A stretch of 53,158 nucleotides of DNA from assembly GCA_038256095.1 (NCBI GenBank), contig JBBSKS010000001.1, positions 1 to 53,158 of the forward strand, read 5' to 3'. Within the stretch, counting starts at the first letter, position 1. Every line of letters begins with the position of its first letter. The notes below the pieces were generated by a model. It saw nothing but the letters and a program-made list of their open reading frames with translations, did not search any database and was not told the DNA's origin. This DNA comes from Actinomycetales bacterium (lineage in GTDB: Bacteria; Actinomycetota; Actinomycetes; Actinomycetales; Dermatophilaceae). Below, piece by piece: positions 8,449 to 19,800 of this stretch. A program made the translations under genes and the position numbers.

Positions 8449-9921
8449 GTAGTGATCGGCCTTATACGGACCCGCCACGTCGACACCAAGGTACTCGGCT
8501 TGTTCTTTTGTGAGCTCGGTCAACTCGGCGCCCAACGCTTCGAGGTGCAGTCGAGCGACTTCTTCGTCAAGGTGCTTGGGCAGCACGTGAACGCCCAAGG
8601 GGTACTCGTCAGGTTTGGTGAACAATTCCATTTGGGCCAACGTTTGGTTAGCGAAGGAGTTCGACATGACGAAACTGGGGTGCCCGGTGGCGTTGCCCAG
8701 GTTCATCAAACGCCCCTCCGAGAGCACGATGATGGAGCGCTCTGCGCGATCGGCCTCTGCGCCGGTCTCTAGATCAGTGACGGTCTCAGCCGGGAGCACC
8801 CACTCGTGCACTTGGCCTTTGATCTCGATGCGCTTGACCCCGGGTATGCGGGCCAATCCAGCCATATCGATCTCGTTGTCAAAGTGACCGATATTGGCCA
8901 CGATGGCTTTGTCTTTCATCCCGCGCATATCGGCAGCGGTAATCACGTCGCGACAACCTGTGGTGGTCACGAAGAAGTCCGCTCGATCTAGCACGCTGTC
9001 CAACGTGGCGACCTGATATCCCTCCATCGCGGCTTGCAGCGCACAGATGGGGTCAACTTCGGTCACGATGACCCGGCCCCCCTGGCCGGCCAGCGCGTCC
9101 GCGCAGCCCTTGCCGACGTCACCGAAGCCACAGACCACGATGGTCTTGCCGCCGATGAGGGTGTCGGTCGCGCGGTTCAGCCCGTCGATCAGGCTGTGCC
9201 GGCAGCCGTACTTGTTGTCGAACTTAGACTTCGTGACGGCGTCGTTGACGTTGATGGCAGGAAAGATCAGCTCGCCGGCCTCCTGCAACTGATAGAGCCG
9301 GTGCACGCCGGTCGTGGTCTCTTCGGTGACTCCGAGGATGCCGTCGGCAATCTCGGTCCACATCGTGGGCCTAGTCGCTAGGCTCTCGCGCACCGTGGCC
9401 AGGATGACTTTCCACTCGTCCGGGTCGTTCTCGTCAGCCGACGGGACGACACCCGCGGCCTCCCACTCCTTGCCCTTATGCACCAGCAGGGTGGCGTCGC
9501 CGCCATCGTCCAGGATCATGTTGGGGCCATCGGTGGCGGGCCAGTCCAAAATCTGGGTGGTGCACCACCAGTAGTCCTCGAGCGTTTCGTTCTTCCAGGC
9601 AAAAACGGGGACGCCCTGCGGGTCGTCAGCAGTCCCGTTCGGGCCCAGCACCACAGCAGCGGCGGCCTCGTCTTGGGTGGAGAAGATGTTGCACGAAGCC
9701 CACCGCACCTCTGCGCCCAAGGCGACCAGCGTCTCGATCAACACGGCCGTCTGCACCGTCATGTGCAGCGACCCGGCCACCCGTGCCCCAGCAAGGGGAC
9801 GGTCGTTGGAGTACCGCGCGCGAATAGCCATAAGGCCCGGCATTTCGTGCTCCGCGAGACGGATTTGGTGGCGGCCGGACTCGGCGAGGCTGAGGTCGGC
9901 GACTTTGAAATCGAATGTCAT
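8440..9921 (-). CDS. ahcY: Adenosylhomocysteinase
   Basis: [53 protein letters not shown]. Confidence 0.98.
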   Translation of the reverse strand: MTFDFKVADLSLAESGRHQIRLAEHEMPGLMAIRARYSNDRPLAGARVAGSLHMTVQTAVLIETLVALGAEVRWASCNIFSTQDEAAAAVVLGPNGTADDPQGVPVFAWKNETLEDYWWCTTQILDWPATDGPNMILDDGGDATLLVHKGKEWEAAGVVPSADENDPDEWKVILATVRESLATRPTMWTEIADGILGVTEETTTGVHRLYQLQEAGELIFPAINVNDAVTKSKFDNKYGCRHSLIDGLNRATDTLIGGKTIVVCGFGDVGKGCADALAGQGGRVIVTEVDPICALQAAMEGYQVATLDSVLDRADFFVTTTGCRDVITAADMRGMKDKAIVANIGHFDNEIDMAGLARIPGVKRIEIKGQVHEWVLPAETVTDLETGAEADRAERSIIVLSEGRLMNLGNATGHPSFVMSNSFANQTLAQMELFTKPDEYPLGVHVLPKHLDEEVARLHLEALGAELTELTKEQAEYLGVDVAGPYKADHYRY

Positions 9922-9980
9922 GCGTTGATGCCCTTCATCGTGGTTTGGCGGGTGCGGCGCCTGTATATCGTACGGGCCGA

Positions 9981-11384
9981 TCATTCACCGTTGCTGGGAG
10001 CCTGACCGAGGTCGAGGCCAAGCAGGGCATTCTCAAGGACTTCACTCAGCGCTGGGTGGATCCAGTACTGCTCCCGCGCCATGGTTTCGACCGGCAGACC
10101 GAACGTCATCGCTTGGATGAGCGGCTGAATCAAGGACGACGACTGCGGACCGAGGAAATGAGCACCGAGCAGTAGACCGGTCTTTCGGTCGGCCACAAGC
10201 TTCAAGAAGCTGTGGGTGTCTTCCATGGCCCATCCGTATGCCGTGTCGCCGTACTTTTGCACCTTTACGGCGACGTCATAGCCAGCTTCGCGGGCTTCCT
10301 TCTCCGTTAACCCGACCGTCGCAATCTGGGGGTGGGTGAAGACGGCCGCCGGCACGTTGGTATGGCGAAAGGACCTCAAGTCGTCGCGGTGCGCCAGGTT
10401 GTGGGCGACAACTTTGGCCTCGTGGTTGGCGACGTGCTTCAGTTGGTGCGCCGAGCTGACGTCGCCGAGGGACCACACGTCGGGGGCTGTGGTGCGCCCG
10501 TGGCCATCGACCTTGATGCGGTGGTCCTTGCCGACCTCGACGCCGGCGTGCTCCAAGCCCATGTTGGCCGAGTTGGGAACGCGTCCGGTCGCGACCAGCA
10601 GGACGTCGGCCTCGACCGTGCTGCCGTCGGAGAGGCCGATCCGTGCTCCGCCTTCAGTGGTCGGGGTCAGCGTGTCAATGGTCACCCCGAGTCGCACGTT
10701 CCATTGAGCCTGCGCTGCGGCGGTGAAGGCCTCGCTGACTTCGGCGTCGAGATGCCGCAAGAGCCCGTTGCTGCGGTTGATCACCGTCACCTCCACCCCT
10801 AAGGCGTTGAAGACGTGGGCGAACTCGGAGGCGATGTAACCCCCACCAACGATCGCCATCGTGGCGGGCAGCTCTTCGAGGCGCATGACGGTGTCTGAGG
10901 TGTGCACGCTCACATCGCTAGCCGCGATGACGTCGGGGACCAGTGGCCGCGCCCCCGTGGCGATCACGATGCGAGTTCCGGTGATCTCTTGCGCTGGCCC
11001 GTCGGCGTCGACGACGCTGACGGTCTTGGGGCCGGTGAACGAGGCCCGGCCGGTGAACAGCGTGACGTTCGAGGCGTCGGCGCGATAGTCACGTCCACCG
11101 TTGGAGATGGGGTCGATGCGGCCAAAGATGCGGTCGCGGATGTCGCGCCAACGCACGCCGTCGATGTGCGCGTCGATGCCGTAGTTGGCAGCCGAGCGGA
11201 TGGTCCCGGCCACTTCGGCGGCGTAGACGTACATCTTGGTGGGGATACACCCCACGTTGAGGCAGGTCCCGCCGAACGTTCCGGACTCGATGATCGCGAC
11301 GCGCGCGTCGTCATATTCCGGGCCGATGAGCGAGTTCGCAGAACCGCTGCCGATGATGATGAGATCAAACTCGTTAGAGGACAC
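9981..11384 (-). CDS. mtr: Mycothione reductase
   Basis: [53 protein letters not shown]. Confidence 0.93.
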   Translation of the reverse strand: MSSNEFDLIIIGSGSANSLIGPEYDDARVAIIESGTFGGTCLNVGCIPTKMYVYAAEVAGTIRSAANYGIDAHIDGVRWRDIRDRIFGRIDPISNGGRDYRADASNVTLFTGRASFTGPKTVSVVDADGPAQEITGTRIVIATGARPLVPDVIAASDVSVHTSDTVMRLEELPATMAIVGGGYIASEFAHVFNALGVEVTVINRSNGLLRHLDAEVSEAFTAAAQAQWNVRLGVTIDTLTPTTEGGARIGLSDGSTVEADVLLVATGRVPNSANMGLEHAGVEVGKDHRIKVDGHGRTTAPDVWSLGDVSSAHQLKHVANHEAKVVAHNLAHRDDLRSFRHTNVPAAVFTHPQIATVGLTEKEAREAGYDVAVKVQKYGDTAYGWAMEDTHSFLKLVADRKTGLLLGAHFLGPQSSSLIQPLIQAMTFGLPVETMAREQYWIHPALSEVLENALLGLDLGQAPSNGE

Positions 11385-11419
11385 CCGCGCACCATAACGA
11401 TGACTGCCGGTAACTCCGC

Positions 11420-12703
11420 TCAGGCTAAACGCGTGCGGTCCCGCAGATCGGCTACGTGGGGGGAAATCGAGGGGTCCAGACCCAGGCCTAGCGCCAGATA
11501 GGTCGCGGCAAAGTCGACGGTGGCGATGTGATCGGCCAATTGAACCATCGGCTCACCGGCACTCGCCTGTGACTCCATGACGCGCACGCCGGCGGCTTGC
11601 GCCGTGGCGATGACCGCGTCCGTGACGCTTTCTCGTTCGGCGCCGCTGAGTACCCACAGGCCCAACGGGGGGAAGGCGGCAGCATCCAAGTACGGGTCTG
11701 CGAAGATGCCTGACGGCTCCGGGTCGGGGTTGGCCCGACGCTCTATCAGTTCACCTTCGGGCTCGGCGAAGTGGTGCGGTTCCCATGAACTCGTGTCGAC
11801 GTCCCCGAGCCGAATGCGGCCTCGGTCGTAGGTGCCGGGACGCGGGCCAGCGCCACCCCCGAGTGAGCTGTTGGTGTAGGGCCCGTCGAGACAGGCAACG
11901 ATCTGGCTGGCCGCGTCGGGCAGCTCGCCAAACGCCGCGGGTATGCGGGCCGTTCGGGCCAACATCGAACTCGCCCTGGCCGCGGCGACCCCGCCCAGCG
12001 GCCCCTCGCCGAGGACCATCGGCACGGTCTCGGCCAGTTGCACGGCCAAGAGTTTTGCCGGGTTGACGAAGCTCTCCGAGGACGGACGGAACGTTTCGGC
12101 CTGTTCGTCGAGTCGCTGGGCGACCCGCTCGAGCATGGCTTCTGAGGCATTGATGAGCCCGAGGTGGTCGGCGTCGAAAGCCAGTAGCACCGGGGTCAGC
12201 AGTGACCACAACGACGTGCGGCTGTTGATGCGATCGCGGCCCACCCCAATGTGCACGCCCCTGGCCTGCGCGCAGACCTGAGCCAAGGGCGAGTCACTGG
12301 CGCCCACCGTGATCAAACTGGCCCCGCGACGGGCGGCCTCTGCGGCGACGCCCAGCGGCCCAGGCGCCCTTCCGGAGAGGGACACCGCGACGACGACATC
12401 GAGGGGTCCGACCCACCCTGGAAGGGGCAGATTGCGACGGGCCTGCACGGGCACTGGCGAGCCGGGCTCGGCCAGGAGCTCCAGCACGTCGGCCACCACC
12501 GCAGAGCCGCCGAGGGCGGCGACAAGGACCGACCGGGGGCGGTCGCTGGACGTCAAGCGGTCGATACCGGCCTCGTGGCTCAGCGTCAGCGCCTCCCGCG
12601 TTTGGGCCCCGGCCGTAGCCAACGCGCGCAGGGTGCCGCGACTGTCTTTGCGCAGCATTTCGTCGGTGTCGTCGAGCAACGCGTCGTCAATGTGGGGAGC
12701 CAT
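11420..12703 (-). CDS. SIS-domain protein (bifunctional PGI/PMI-like; TobH/Rv3256c-like)
   Basis: LPGWVGPLDVVVAVSLSG, NPAKLLA, DFAATYLAL. Located next to Trm112-manB. Confidence 0.8.
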   Translation of the reverse strand: MAPHIDDALLDDTDEMLRKDSRGTLRALATAGAQTREALTLSHEAGIDRLTSSDRPRSVLVAALGGSAVVADVLELLAEPGSPVPVQARRNLPLPGWVGPLDVVVAVSLSGRAPGPLGVAAEAARRGASLITVGASDSPLAQVCAQARGVHIGVGRDRINSRTSLWSLLTPVLLAFDADHLGLINASEAMLERVAQRLDEQAETFRPSSESFVNPAKLLAVQLAETVPMVLGEGPLGGVAAARASSMLARTARIPAAFGELPDAASQIVACLDGPYTNSSLGGGAGPRPGTYDRGRIRLGDVDTSSWEPHHFAEPEGELIERRANPDPEPSGIFADPYLDAAAFPPLGLWVLSGAERESVTDAVIATAQAAGVRVMESQASAGEPMVQLADHIATVDFAATYLALGLGLDPSISPHVADLRDRTRLA

Positions 12704-12710
12704 GCTTCGC

Positions 12711-12920
12711 CTACTCCCCCGAGATCAGAACGGCTTCGTCGGCCAGGAGCACCGGGATCCCACCCTCGAACCGGTACTGCCGTCGCTGCCCTTTCAGCCC
12801 GCAATCGCGGTCACACGTCAGGACGGGCCGGCCGGCGTCATCAACGCCATCGACCAGCGGATGCACCCCCACCGGGCACCGCAGGATGTCTCGGACCCAA
12901 GGCTCGATCGACGCAGTCAT
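12711..12920 (-). CDS. Trm112-like protein
   Basis: DILRCP...LTC...YRFEGGIPVLLADEA. Confidence 0.85.
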   Translation of the reverse strand: MTASIEPWVRDILRCPVGVHPLVDGVDDAGRPVLTCDRDCGLKGQRRQYRFEGGIPVLLADEAVLISGE

Positions 12921-14368
12921 GGCGTCACGGTACTCAAGATCACCGCAAGGACCTCGTCGCGCACCCGGACCATCGTGGACTCGGAGTCTGATTCGACATT
13001 CAGCCGCAGCAACGGCTCGGTATTACTGGCCCGAACCGATACGGTCCAGAAGTGTCCGTCGTCACCGTCTGCGACCAGGGACACCCCATCAACTTTGGTG
13101 ACCCCCACCCCGGGATCGGCACTGCCCCAGGCTACGACGGCCGCTGTTGCGGCGCCAGCATCGCTGACCGTGGAGTTGATTTCGCCGGAGTGAAAGTACG
13201 GGTCATACGGCTCCGTGAGCATCGACATCGTGACACCGTCGGGGGCTGTGCCCAGCGCTGCGAGCACGTGCAGGGCCGCCAACATCCCGGTGTCCGCGCG
13301 CCAGAAGTCACGAAAGTAGTAGTGGCCAGAGTGTTCGCCGCCGAAGACGGCATCGTGGGCGGCCATCTGCGCTTTGACGTAGGAGTGGCCGACATTGGCC
13401 ACCATGGCGCGGGCTCCGAGGCCCCGGACGGTTTCGGACACGGCGCGAGAGGAAATGGTGTTGTGAACCACCGTGACGTCGGCAGCGGGTCTACCGCCAC
13501 GCATCTCTTGAGCGATCTCCCGGGCCGCCACGAGGGCCGTGATGGCGCTAGCGGTGACCGGCTCGCCTCGTTCGTCGACGACAAAGCAACGGTCGGCGTC
13601 CCCGTCGAAGGCTAAGCCCAGGTCAGCTTTGTGCTCGCGCACGGCGTGCTGCAGATCGACGAGATTGGCCGGCTCCAACGGGTTCGCTTCGTGATTCGGA
13701 AAAGTGCCGTCGAGCTCTAGATAGAGCCCGATCATGTCGATGGCCGCCAACGGTTCAAGCACGGCGGGGGCAGTCAAACCGCCCATCCCGTTACCGGCAT
13801 CGACAACCACCCGCAGGGGGCGTATGTCCGTGAGATCAACCAACGAATGCAGGTATGCCGCGTAGTCGCCGAGCACGTCCTGCTCGGTCAGTGTCCCGCT
13901 CGTATCCCCCGTCGCCGACATGGCCTGCGGGTGGACGTCACCGCGGTCGAGCATCCACTGGGCTATGTCGCGCACGGGGTGCAGGCCGGTGTCGGTGCCT
14001 AGCGGCACCGCATGGCTGCGGCACATCTTGATGCCGTTGTATGCCGCGGGGTTGTGACTAGCGGTGATCATGGCTCCAGGGCAGGCATACGTGCCGGAGG
14101 CGAAGTACAACTGGTCGGTGGCGCACAACCCGATGTGTACGGCGTTGACGCCGGCGGCCCGGACTCCTGCGGAGAAAGCAGCCGTCAACCCAGGAGAGGA
14201 GTCCCGCATATCGTGGCCAATGACCACCTCTCGATGACCATCAGGAAGCACGATGACCTGGGCAAACGCTGCCCCTAGCGCACGGCACACCTGCTCGGTC
14301 AGTTGGGTTTCAACGAGGCCCCGGACGTCATACGCCTTGATAAAAGTAGAGAGGTCGATCGAAGACAA
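12917..14368 (-). CDS. manB: Phosphomannomutase/phosphoglucomutase
   Basis: KAYDVRG, TASHNP, DGDADR, GGEHSGH, RASNTEPLLRLNVE. Confidence 0.93.
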   Translation of the reverse strand: MSSIDLSTFIKAYDVRGLVETQLTEQVCRALGAAFAQVIVLPDGHREVVIGHDMRDSSPGLTAAFSAGVRAAGVNAVHIGLCATDQLYFASGTYACPGAMITASHNPAAYNGIKMCRSHAVPLGTDTGLHPVRDIAQWMLDRGDVHPQAMSATGDTSGTLTEQDVLGDYAAYLHSLVDLTDIRPLRVVVDAGNGMGGLTAPAVLEPLAAIDMIGLYLELDGTFPNHEANPLEPANLVDLQHAVREHKADLGLAFDGDADRCFVVDERGEPVTASAITALVAAREIAQEMRGGRPAADVTVVHNTISSRAVSETVRGLGARAMVANVGHSYVKAQMAAHDAVFGGEHSGHYYFRDFWRADTGMLAALHVLAALGTAPDGVTMSMLTEPYDPYFHSGEINSTVSDAGAATAAVVAWGSADPGVGVTKVDGVSLVADGDDGHFWTVSVRASNTEPLLRLNVESDSESTMVRVRDEVLAVILSTVTP

Positions 14369-14377
14369 GACAGGCGA

Positions 14378-14746
14378 CTAACTATCCCGGAGCACACGCA
14401 AATGGCCTCGACGCCCTGGGCCGTCGGTCTCCGGCGGCGAGGGAGGAGGCTGCGAGGTGGTGCGCCGCTGCACCGGCGACGCGCGGTGTTCACGGACGGC
14501 CTCGGCTAAGGCGACTAAATCGTCGGCGGGCGGTGGAGCGCCCTCAGGAGGATCGAGTCGCACGATGTCCCACCCTCGCGGCGTGGTCATTCCGGTGGCG
14601 TGCCGAGAGCACAAGTCATAAGAATGTGGCTCCGCGTAGGTCGCTAGGGGGCCCAACACGGCAGTCTGCTCGGCATACACGTATGTCAGCGTGGACACCG
14701 CGCCTTGCCCGCAGGCGGTCCGGGAGCACTGGCGAGAGATGGTCAC
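14378..14746 (-). CDS. DUF3499 family protein
   Basis: RQCSRTAC...TLTYVY...AEPHSYDLCSRH...DDLVALAEAVRE...RRGHLRVL. Start set at GTG 14746. Confidence 0.88.
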   Translation of the reverse strand: MTISRQCSRTACGQGAVSTLTYVYAEQTAVLGPLATYAEPHSYDLCSRHATGMTTPRGWDIVRLDPPEGAPPPADDLVALAEAVREHRASPVQRRTTSQPPPSPPETDGPGRRGHLRVLRDS

Positions 14747-14812
14747 GACACACCACTGTAGGTGTCCGCTCTGCCGCCCCTGACCCACCACGCCGGGCAT
14801 AGGCTGATGGGC

Positions 14813-15208
14813 GTGGAACGAGGGCACTCACGAGATCGACGCGACCGCGGCCTGCGCGGGCCGCTGGCCTGGCCACGGGTGCCGGTGATGATGCCTCGGC
14901 GTCAGCGGTTTGACGAAGCTGTTCTCGACGCGGTGAGCGCCTTCGAGCGGCGTCTCGGCTCGACGTTGCCCGATCTGGAGATTGCCGTCGAAGAGGTACC
15001 CCCGAGCGACCCGTCGCCGTGGGAGCGCACCGTCGCCTTGGGCAGGCTTTTCCCACAAGAGGGCGCGGACCGATCACGGATGGTGGTTTACCGGCGACCG
15101 GTGGAGGCTCGCGCGTCGAGCCCGGCTGAGGTCGCCGCAATCGTGCACGAGGTCGTCGTCGAGCAGCTATCGACCATGCTCGGAGTGGACCCAGAGGACT
15201 TTTCCTAG
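14813..15208 (+). CDS. Zincin-like metallopeptidase-family protein (Rv3259-like)
   Basis: RDRRDRGLRGPL, FDEAVLDAV, AVEEVPP, VVYRRPVEARA. TAGGCT lies 7 nt before GTG 14813; ATG 14807 is an alternative start. Confidence 0.82.
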   Translation: MERGHSRDRRDRGLRGPLAWPRVPVMMPRRQRFDEAVLDAVSAFERRLGSTLPDLEIAVEEVPPSDPSPWERTVALGRLFPQEGADRSRMVVYRRPVEARASSPAEVAAIVHEVVVEQLSTMLGVDPEDFS

Positions 15209-16800
15209 GGGAGAGCGGGAGCGATCTCGGCAACGGACCGGATGAGGTCCAGGTTGTCCAGCGCGAAAACTGACGTCACCGACACCACCGCATCTGGATC
15301 TTTTTTTGCCGGCGCGGCGGTCGCTTCGGCCTCTTCAGCTGTGCGGGTGACGTCGGCGTTTCCCCGCACCGAGGCAAAGACCTGATTCTCGCCGGGCACC
15401 ACCCACACGCCGGTGGCACCTGGCAGATCGCTCGTGCTCACTATCTGCGACTCAAGGACAACGTCAACGCTCGTCAGCACCCCCGCGTTGTCGAGGGTGA
15501 ACACCGTGGCACTGCCGCCGTCGGGAGCCACCAGATCTAGCGCATACTCCACCGGCCCGCTCTGATCTGGTTGCGGCAGGGGCGCGCCGGCAAGCGACGT
15601 CAGTGCAGGTGCAGGCGCGGCCCAGGAGAAGTCACGCCGCCCGCTCGGGTCGGGCGCGCTGCTGACGGATGCAGCGGCGACGATGTCCACATCACTGGAC
15701 ACGGCCAGGGCGTACGTGCCTGGCAATACGTCACTCAGACTGATGTCGACGCTGCGCTGACCTGGGACCACGGTTACGGCTTGGGCCAAAGTCACCGCAC
15801 CATCTGGCCCCCAGGCGCCGACTTCTACAACGGCCGGGTCTTCACCGGTGACCGCCACCCGCACCCTCGCGTCGGTGGGCGCTCCCTGCGGGATGACGAT
15901 GGCTGGAATGACGTGGCTCGTCGCTGGCGCACCGACGGGCGCAGCACTTTCCCAGCCAAGGTCAGTGGTGCCGTCCAACGCTCGATCCCCGAGGTATGCC
16001 GATATGGGTCCACCCGTGGAGACCACGTGCACCACGGGCGCTGCTTCACCCGGCGCCAGAGCATCGACCAGGATCACGTCGCGCTCACCGGGCTCAAGAG
16101 CGACCCCGGAGTCGCCGACCTCTCCCATCGGCTCCCTATCGACGCCCCATACCTGGACCGACGCAGCAAGTGCGCTCTGCCCTGGATTCATCAGGACGAG
16201 CCGCTCGGATCGACCACTTTCACCTCCACCGCCAACCAGCCACACCTCATCACGAGCCGCGACGCAGGGGGTAAGGGCCAACCCCAGGAGCCCTTCTTCT
16301 TCGCCGACGTACATCTGGGTAGCGCTGACGCCGGGCGCCAACCCTCCCAGCGCCAATGCGGCTGCCCCCTCGGCTGAGGTGAGGGAAATCCCTGCGGCGA
16401 CACCTCGCTCGTCAACGCTCGAACCAGCGCCGGCGCGCAGGGAACCCAGTGGCATAACGGCCAAGCTTCCTTGGTCCAGCGAGGGTGGCGCACCGCGGAA
16501 GTCGGCGGCCGCGAGAGCTGCTTCGACGACGGGCGCCGGGGCCGCCATGGCTTCAACATCGACGCGTTGCTCGACCTCATCGACAGCCGCGTCTTCGAGT
16601 CCTTGCTGTTCTGGCCCGGGGCACACCGTGGCAATGCGATCAATCGGGGCGCGCAGCGACTCTTGGCCACTCGAAAGCGGTGGCGGTGGCGGTGGGAGTT
16701 TGATCGACTCGGGGAGGTAATTCGCCCCGACCAGAATCGCGGCTGCAACGCCCAGGACGCCGGTCACGCGGATCGCGCTGCGCTTAGCACGACTGACCAT
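15205..16800 (-). CDS. DUF5719 family membrane-anchored extracytoplasmic protein
   Basis: N-terminal TM, VCPGP, TPC...WLVGG...ERLVLMNPG. TAATG overlap with the upstream GT2 gene. Confidence 0.8.
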   Translation of the reverse strand: MVSRAKRSAIRVTGVLGVAAAILVGANYLPESIKLPPPPPPLSSGQESLRAPIDRIATVCPGPEQQGLEDAAVDEVEQRVDVEAMAAPAPVVEAALAAADFRGAPPSLDQGSLAVMPLGSLRAGAGSSVDERGVAAGISLTSAEGAAALALGGLAPGVSATQMYVGEEEGLLGLALTPCVAARDEVWLVGGGGESGRSERLVLMNPGQSALAASVQVWGVDREPMGEVGDSGVALEPGERDVILVDALAPGEAAPVVHVVSTGGPISAYLGDRALDGTTDLGWESAAPVGAPATSHVIPAIVIPQGAPTDARVRVAVTGEDPAVVEVGAWGPDGAVTLAQAVTVVPGQRSVDISLSDVLPGTYALAVSSDVDIVAAASVSSAPDPSGRRDFSWAAPAPALTSLAGAPLPQPDQSGPVEYALDLVAPDGGSATVFTLDNAGVLTSVDVVLESQIVSTSDLPGATGVWVVPGENQVFASVRGNADVTRTAEEAEATAAPAKKDPDAVVSVTSVFALDNLDLIRSVAEIAPALP

Positions 16801-19800
16801 TAGTTCATCCTCCGTGGTCGCGAGCCGACGAAGGGAATGGCCAGCAGCAGCACCGTCGCAAACAAGCCTGCCGTGGCCCACCACCACCACGGCCACGGCG
16901 GAGACACCTCAATGACCAGGGACCCACCACCGGCAGGTATGACGTAGCGCGCCGGGAATCCGGGCTCCGCGCTCAGCAGGTCGCCATCGAGTCGAACTGT
17001 TGCCTGTAAAGCCCACTGCGCAGATTGCGAGATCACAACTTCCGTGGCCTGAGTCGCCACCGTGCCGGCACTGATGGCTCCCGTTCCGGCCATGGCAATC
17101 GTTTGACGTTGGCCGTCGGGGTTCGTGCTCCACACGCGCGCCGGCCCAGGGCGTCCGTCCACCCGCCACAGGGCCGAGTTTCTGGCCGAACTCACCCGCG
17201 TGAGATTCGGCGATTGGTCGAGTTGAGTGATGAGCGGGTGGCTTTGCTCGGCGTCCACGACGACGTAGGCCACCGCTAGGTCGAGCAGTGCCTGCTGGAT
17301 CGGAGCGGGATCCAGCACGGTGGCGTCCGAGGTATCTAGCAGTGCGGTCACCGCCGCTGACACGGGCTCCGCATCTGCGCTTGGGTCATCGGCCTCGGCC
17401 ATCCCAAGCTCCACAGTGCGGTCGCGCAACCACGTCGGCGGCTCCGCGCCACCGAGGCGATAGCGCACTCCGAAGACGTCCGTGTCGCCCGGTTCAGCAA
17501 CGTCCGGAACGAGCGTGATGACCCGCACCTGATCGGGACCGCTGGCCTGCTCGGCTACCACCGCTGGCAACGGGGCTTGGGCCACGGTGATGGCTGGACC
17601 CACACCATTAGCGGCGCTCACGACCAACGTGCCCAGCACACCTGCGCTGGCCACCGCGAGCACGATCGCCCCGACCACGTTGCCCACGAAGCGAGTCGAT
17701 TTCCTGCTCGCGTGACCACGTAAACGACCCCGTGGTTCGCCCTGTGATTCAGTGCGTGATGCACCGACGCGCGGCAGCAGATCGCCGGCACCGATTCCAG
17801 CCGCTAGCAGCACGCACGCACCGGCCATGCTCAGTATTACCCCCGGCCAGACGGTGACCGGCAGGCCAGCCTCGGTGTAGCCAAGGGGTAGTTGTCCCAC
17901 GCTGGTTCGAGAAAGAGCCACCGCACCCGCCACCCCGAGCAGCCCTGCCATCGATAACCAGGTAGCCACCCCGGATAAGCGTGATCGACGAACGCCGAGG
18001 ACACCTGCCAGGGCCAACAGCCAGGCCGGCGCAACCCACCACATCGAGAGAGAGTCCGGGCCACCTGGATGCAGCAGGAGCGCTTGCCATGTCGTCAACG
18101 GCGCTGCGCCGGCCGACGTAGCCCCGGCCCCGCCGAGGAAGCGAATGGGGTCGGTCGCCAGGGGCAGCATCGCAGGCCCCAAGAGCGCCAGCGGCAAACC
18201 AGCGATGGCGAGCCCGCGCAGACGCGCCCACCCCCGAGCCCCCACCGCAACCACCAGCCCGGCGAGCACCGCGAAGATCACCACCAGCGGAACCCACCAC
18301 GCCACAAAACTCAGCAATGCGGTCACCCCAAAAGCGGCTGATGTCCCACGCCGCCCCGATCGCACACTGCTGACCACACCCGCCACGATGAGCGGGGCCG
18401 CCACGTGCACAACTGCGGGGCCAACGCGCCCGCTGTCCACTCCAGCAATCAGCGGCGAAGCGCTGGCCCATCCCAGCGCCAATCCCGCCCGGATCGGCCT
18501 AGACCACACCAGCGAACGCGCCGCCCGGTACGCCGCCACCACACTCAGCGGCACGGCAGCAAAGAGCAGCCATGCGGTGACGACCCCGGCCACATGAGCG
18601 CCAACAGGACCGCCTGGTGCTGCTTCGAAGAGCGCGGCAAGCGCACTGAGCGGCAACAGCCACGACGCTCCCTGCCCCGCCTGGCCTAAGCCTTCCCCGG
18701 TCCAGCCCGGCCACCAGGCGGAGAACAACTGTGCCGCATCGGCGCCAACCGGCAGCATCTCCGCAGAGCTGACACCCCAGCCCGAGGAGGCCAGCCCTGG
18801 GCCCAGATCACGCCAACGGACACTCGTCATCAGCACCGTCAGCACCACCGCGACAGCTAGCGGCCAACTCCATGACCCGCGACGCAGCGACCCCTCGGAC
18901 CCCATCGACAGGGCTTCGTCAGCAACAGGTCCAGTCTCGATCGCCGCGACACTGGTGTGCGGGCGCACCGTCGGGCCCTGCGTGGGTGCACTCGCATGCG
19001 GGTCAGCCAACACCGGAGCCCAACGCAGCCCCACTCGCGTCGCGGACCGAGACAGGAACAGCTCTTTGAGGTCCCGCTCAGCGACCTTTGCCCGGCCCCG
19101 AAATCGCCACCGTGCCCCGATAGCCGGCCACGGGAAGAGTACTGCACTCGCCTCAGCCCACGCCAAGGCGAAGGCACGAGGCCGTCGTGTGACGAGCATC
19201 AAGGCCATGGCCATTGCGGACGTCATCAGCATGGCTAAGGCCCGGCCGGGCACTTTGGTCCCGGACCCCCGAGCCAGGGCCACCCAGGCACGCTGGCGCG
19301 CCACCCGAACTCCGGTAGGGCCGTGGCGCGCACGCCCGGCGCCGACGTGAACTCGTGGCCCAGAACGGACCACGGCGCGTGGCGCGACAACCACCCGATG
19401 TCCCATCAGGTGGGCGCGCCACGATAGGTCGAGGCCAGCGATCGACTCGTCGAACGACGCCTCGATTCCACCCACATCGGAAAGAACATCGGTGCGAATC
19501 AGCATCCCGGCCAACGGCACCCCGACGACGTCGCAGCGATCGTCGTGCTGCCCCTGGTCCCACCCGGCGGGGTTGAGGTCATTGACGCTGCGTCCCCAAA
19601 GACTGACGCTCTGCCCCAGGCCGATCAGCACCCGCGGGTCTTCGGTGGCCACGGCCTTCGGCCCGACGACCCCGACCCGGCTCGAGCGCTGGGCAACGCT
19701 CAGCATCCGCGAGAGCGAGTCGACTTCAGGGACGCTGTCGGCCTCCAACAACCAGAGCCAGGCTTGTCCGTCCACGGTCACACGTTGCGCCTGGGCAACG

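Noticed and set aside
8745-8800. Extra loops in AhcY ([17 protein letters not shown]) and in CofD as possible inteins or insertions
   Set aside because: Only about 15-20 aa with no intein termini. Ordinary surface-loop variation.
9922-9980. SAH riboswitch upstream of ahcY
   Set aside because: The gap is only 59 nt and I could not find the GAGGAGCG...CAGGCUC core. Only a TACGAT -10-like box is visible.
11385-11419. SigH/SigR promoter for mycothione reductase
   Set aside because: The GGAGT...GTT spacing is 14 nt, too short. A leaderless TATGGT fits better.
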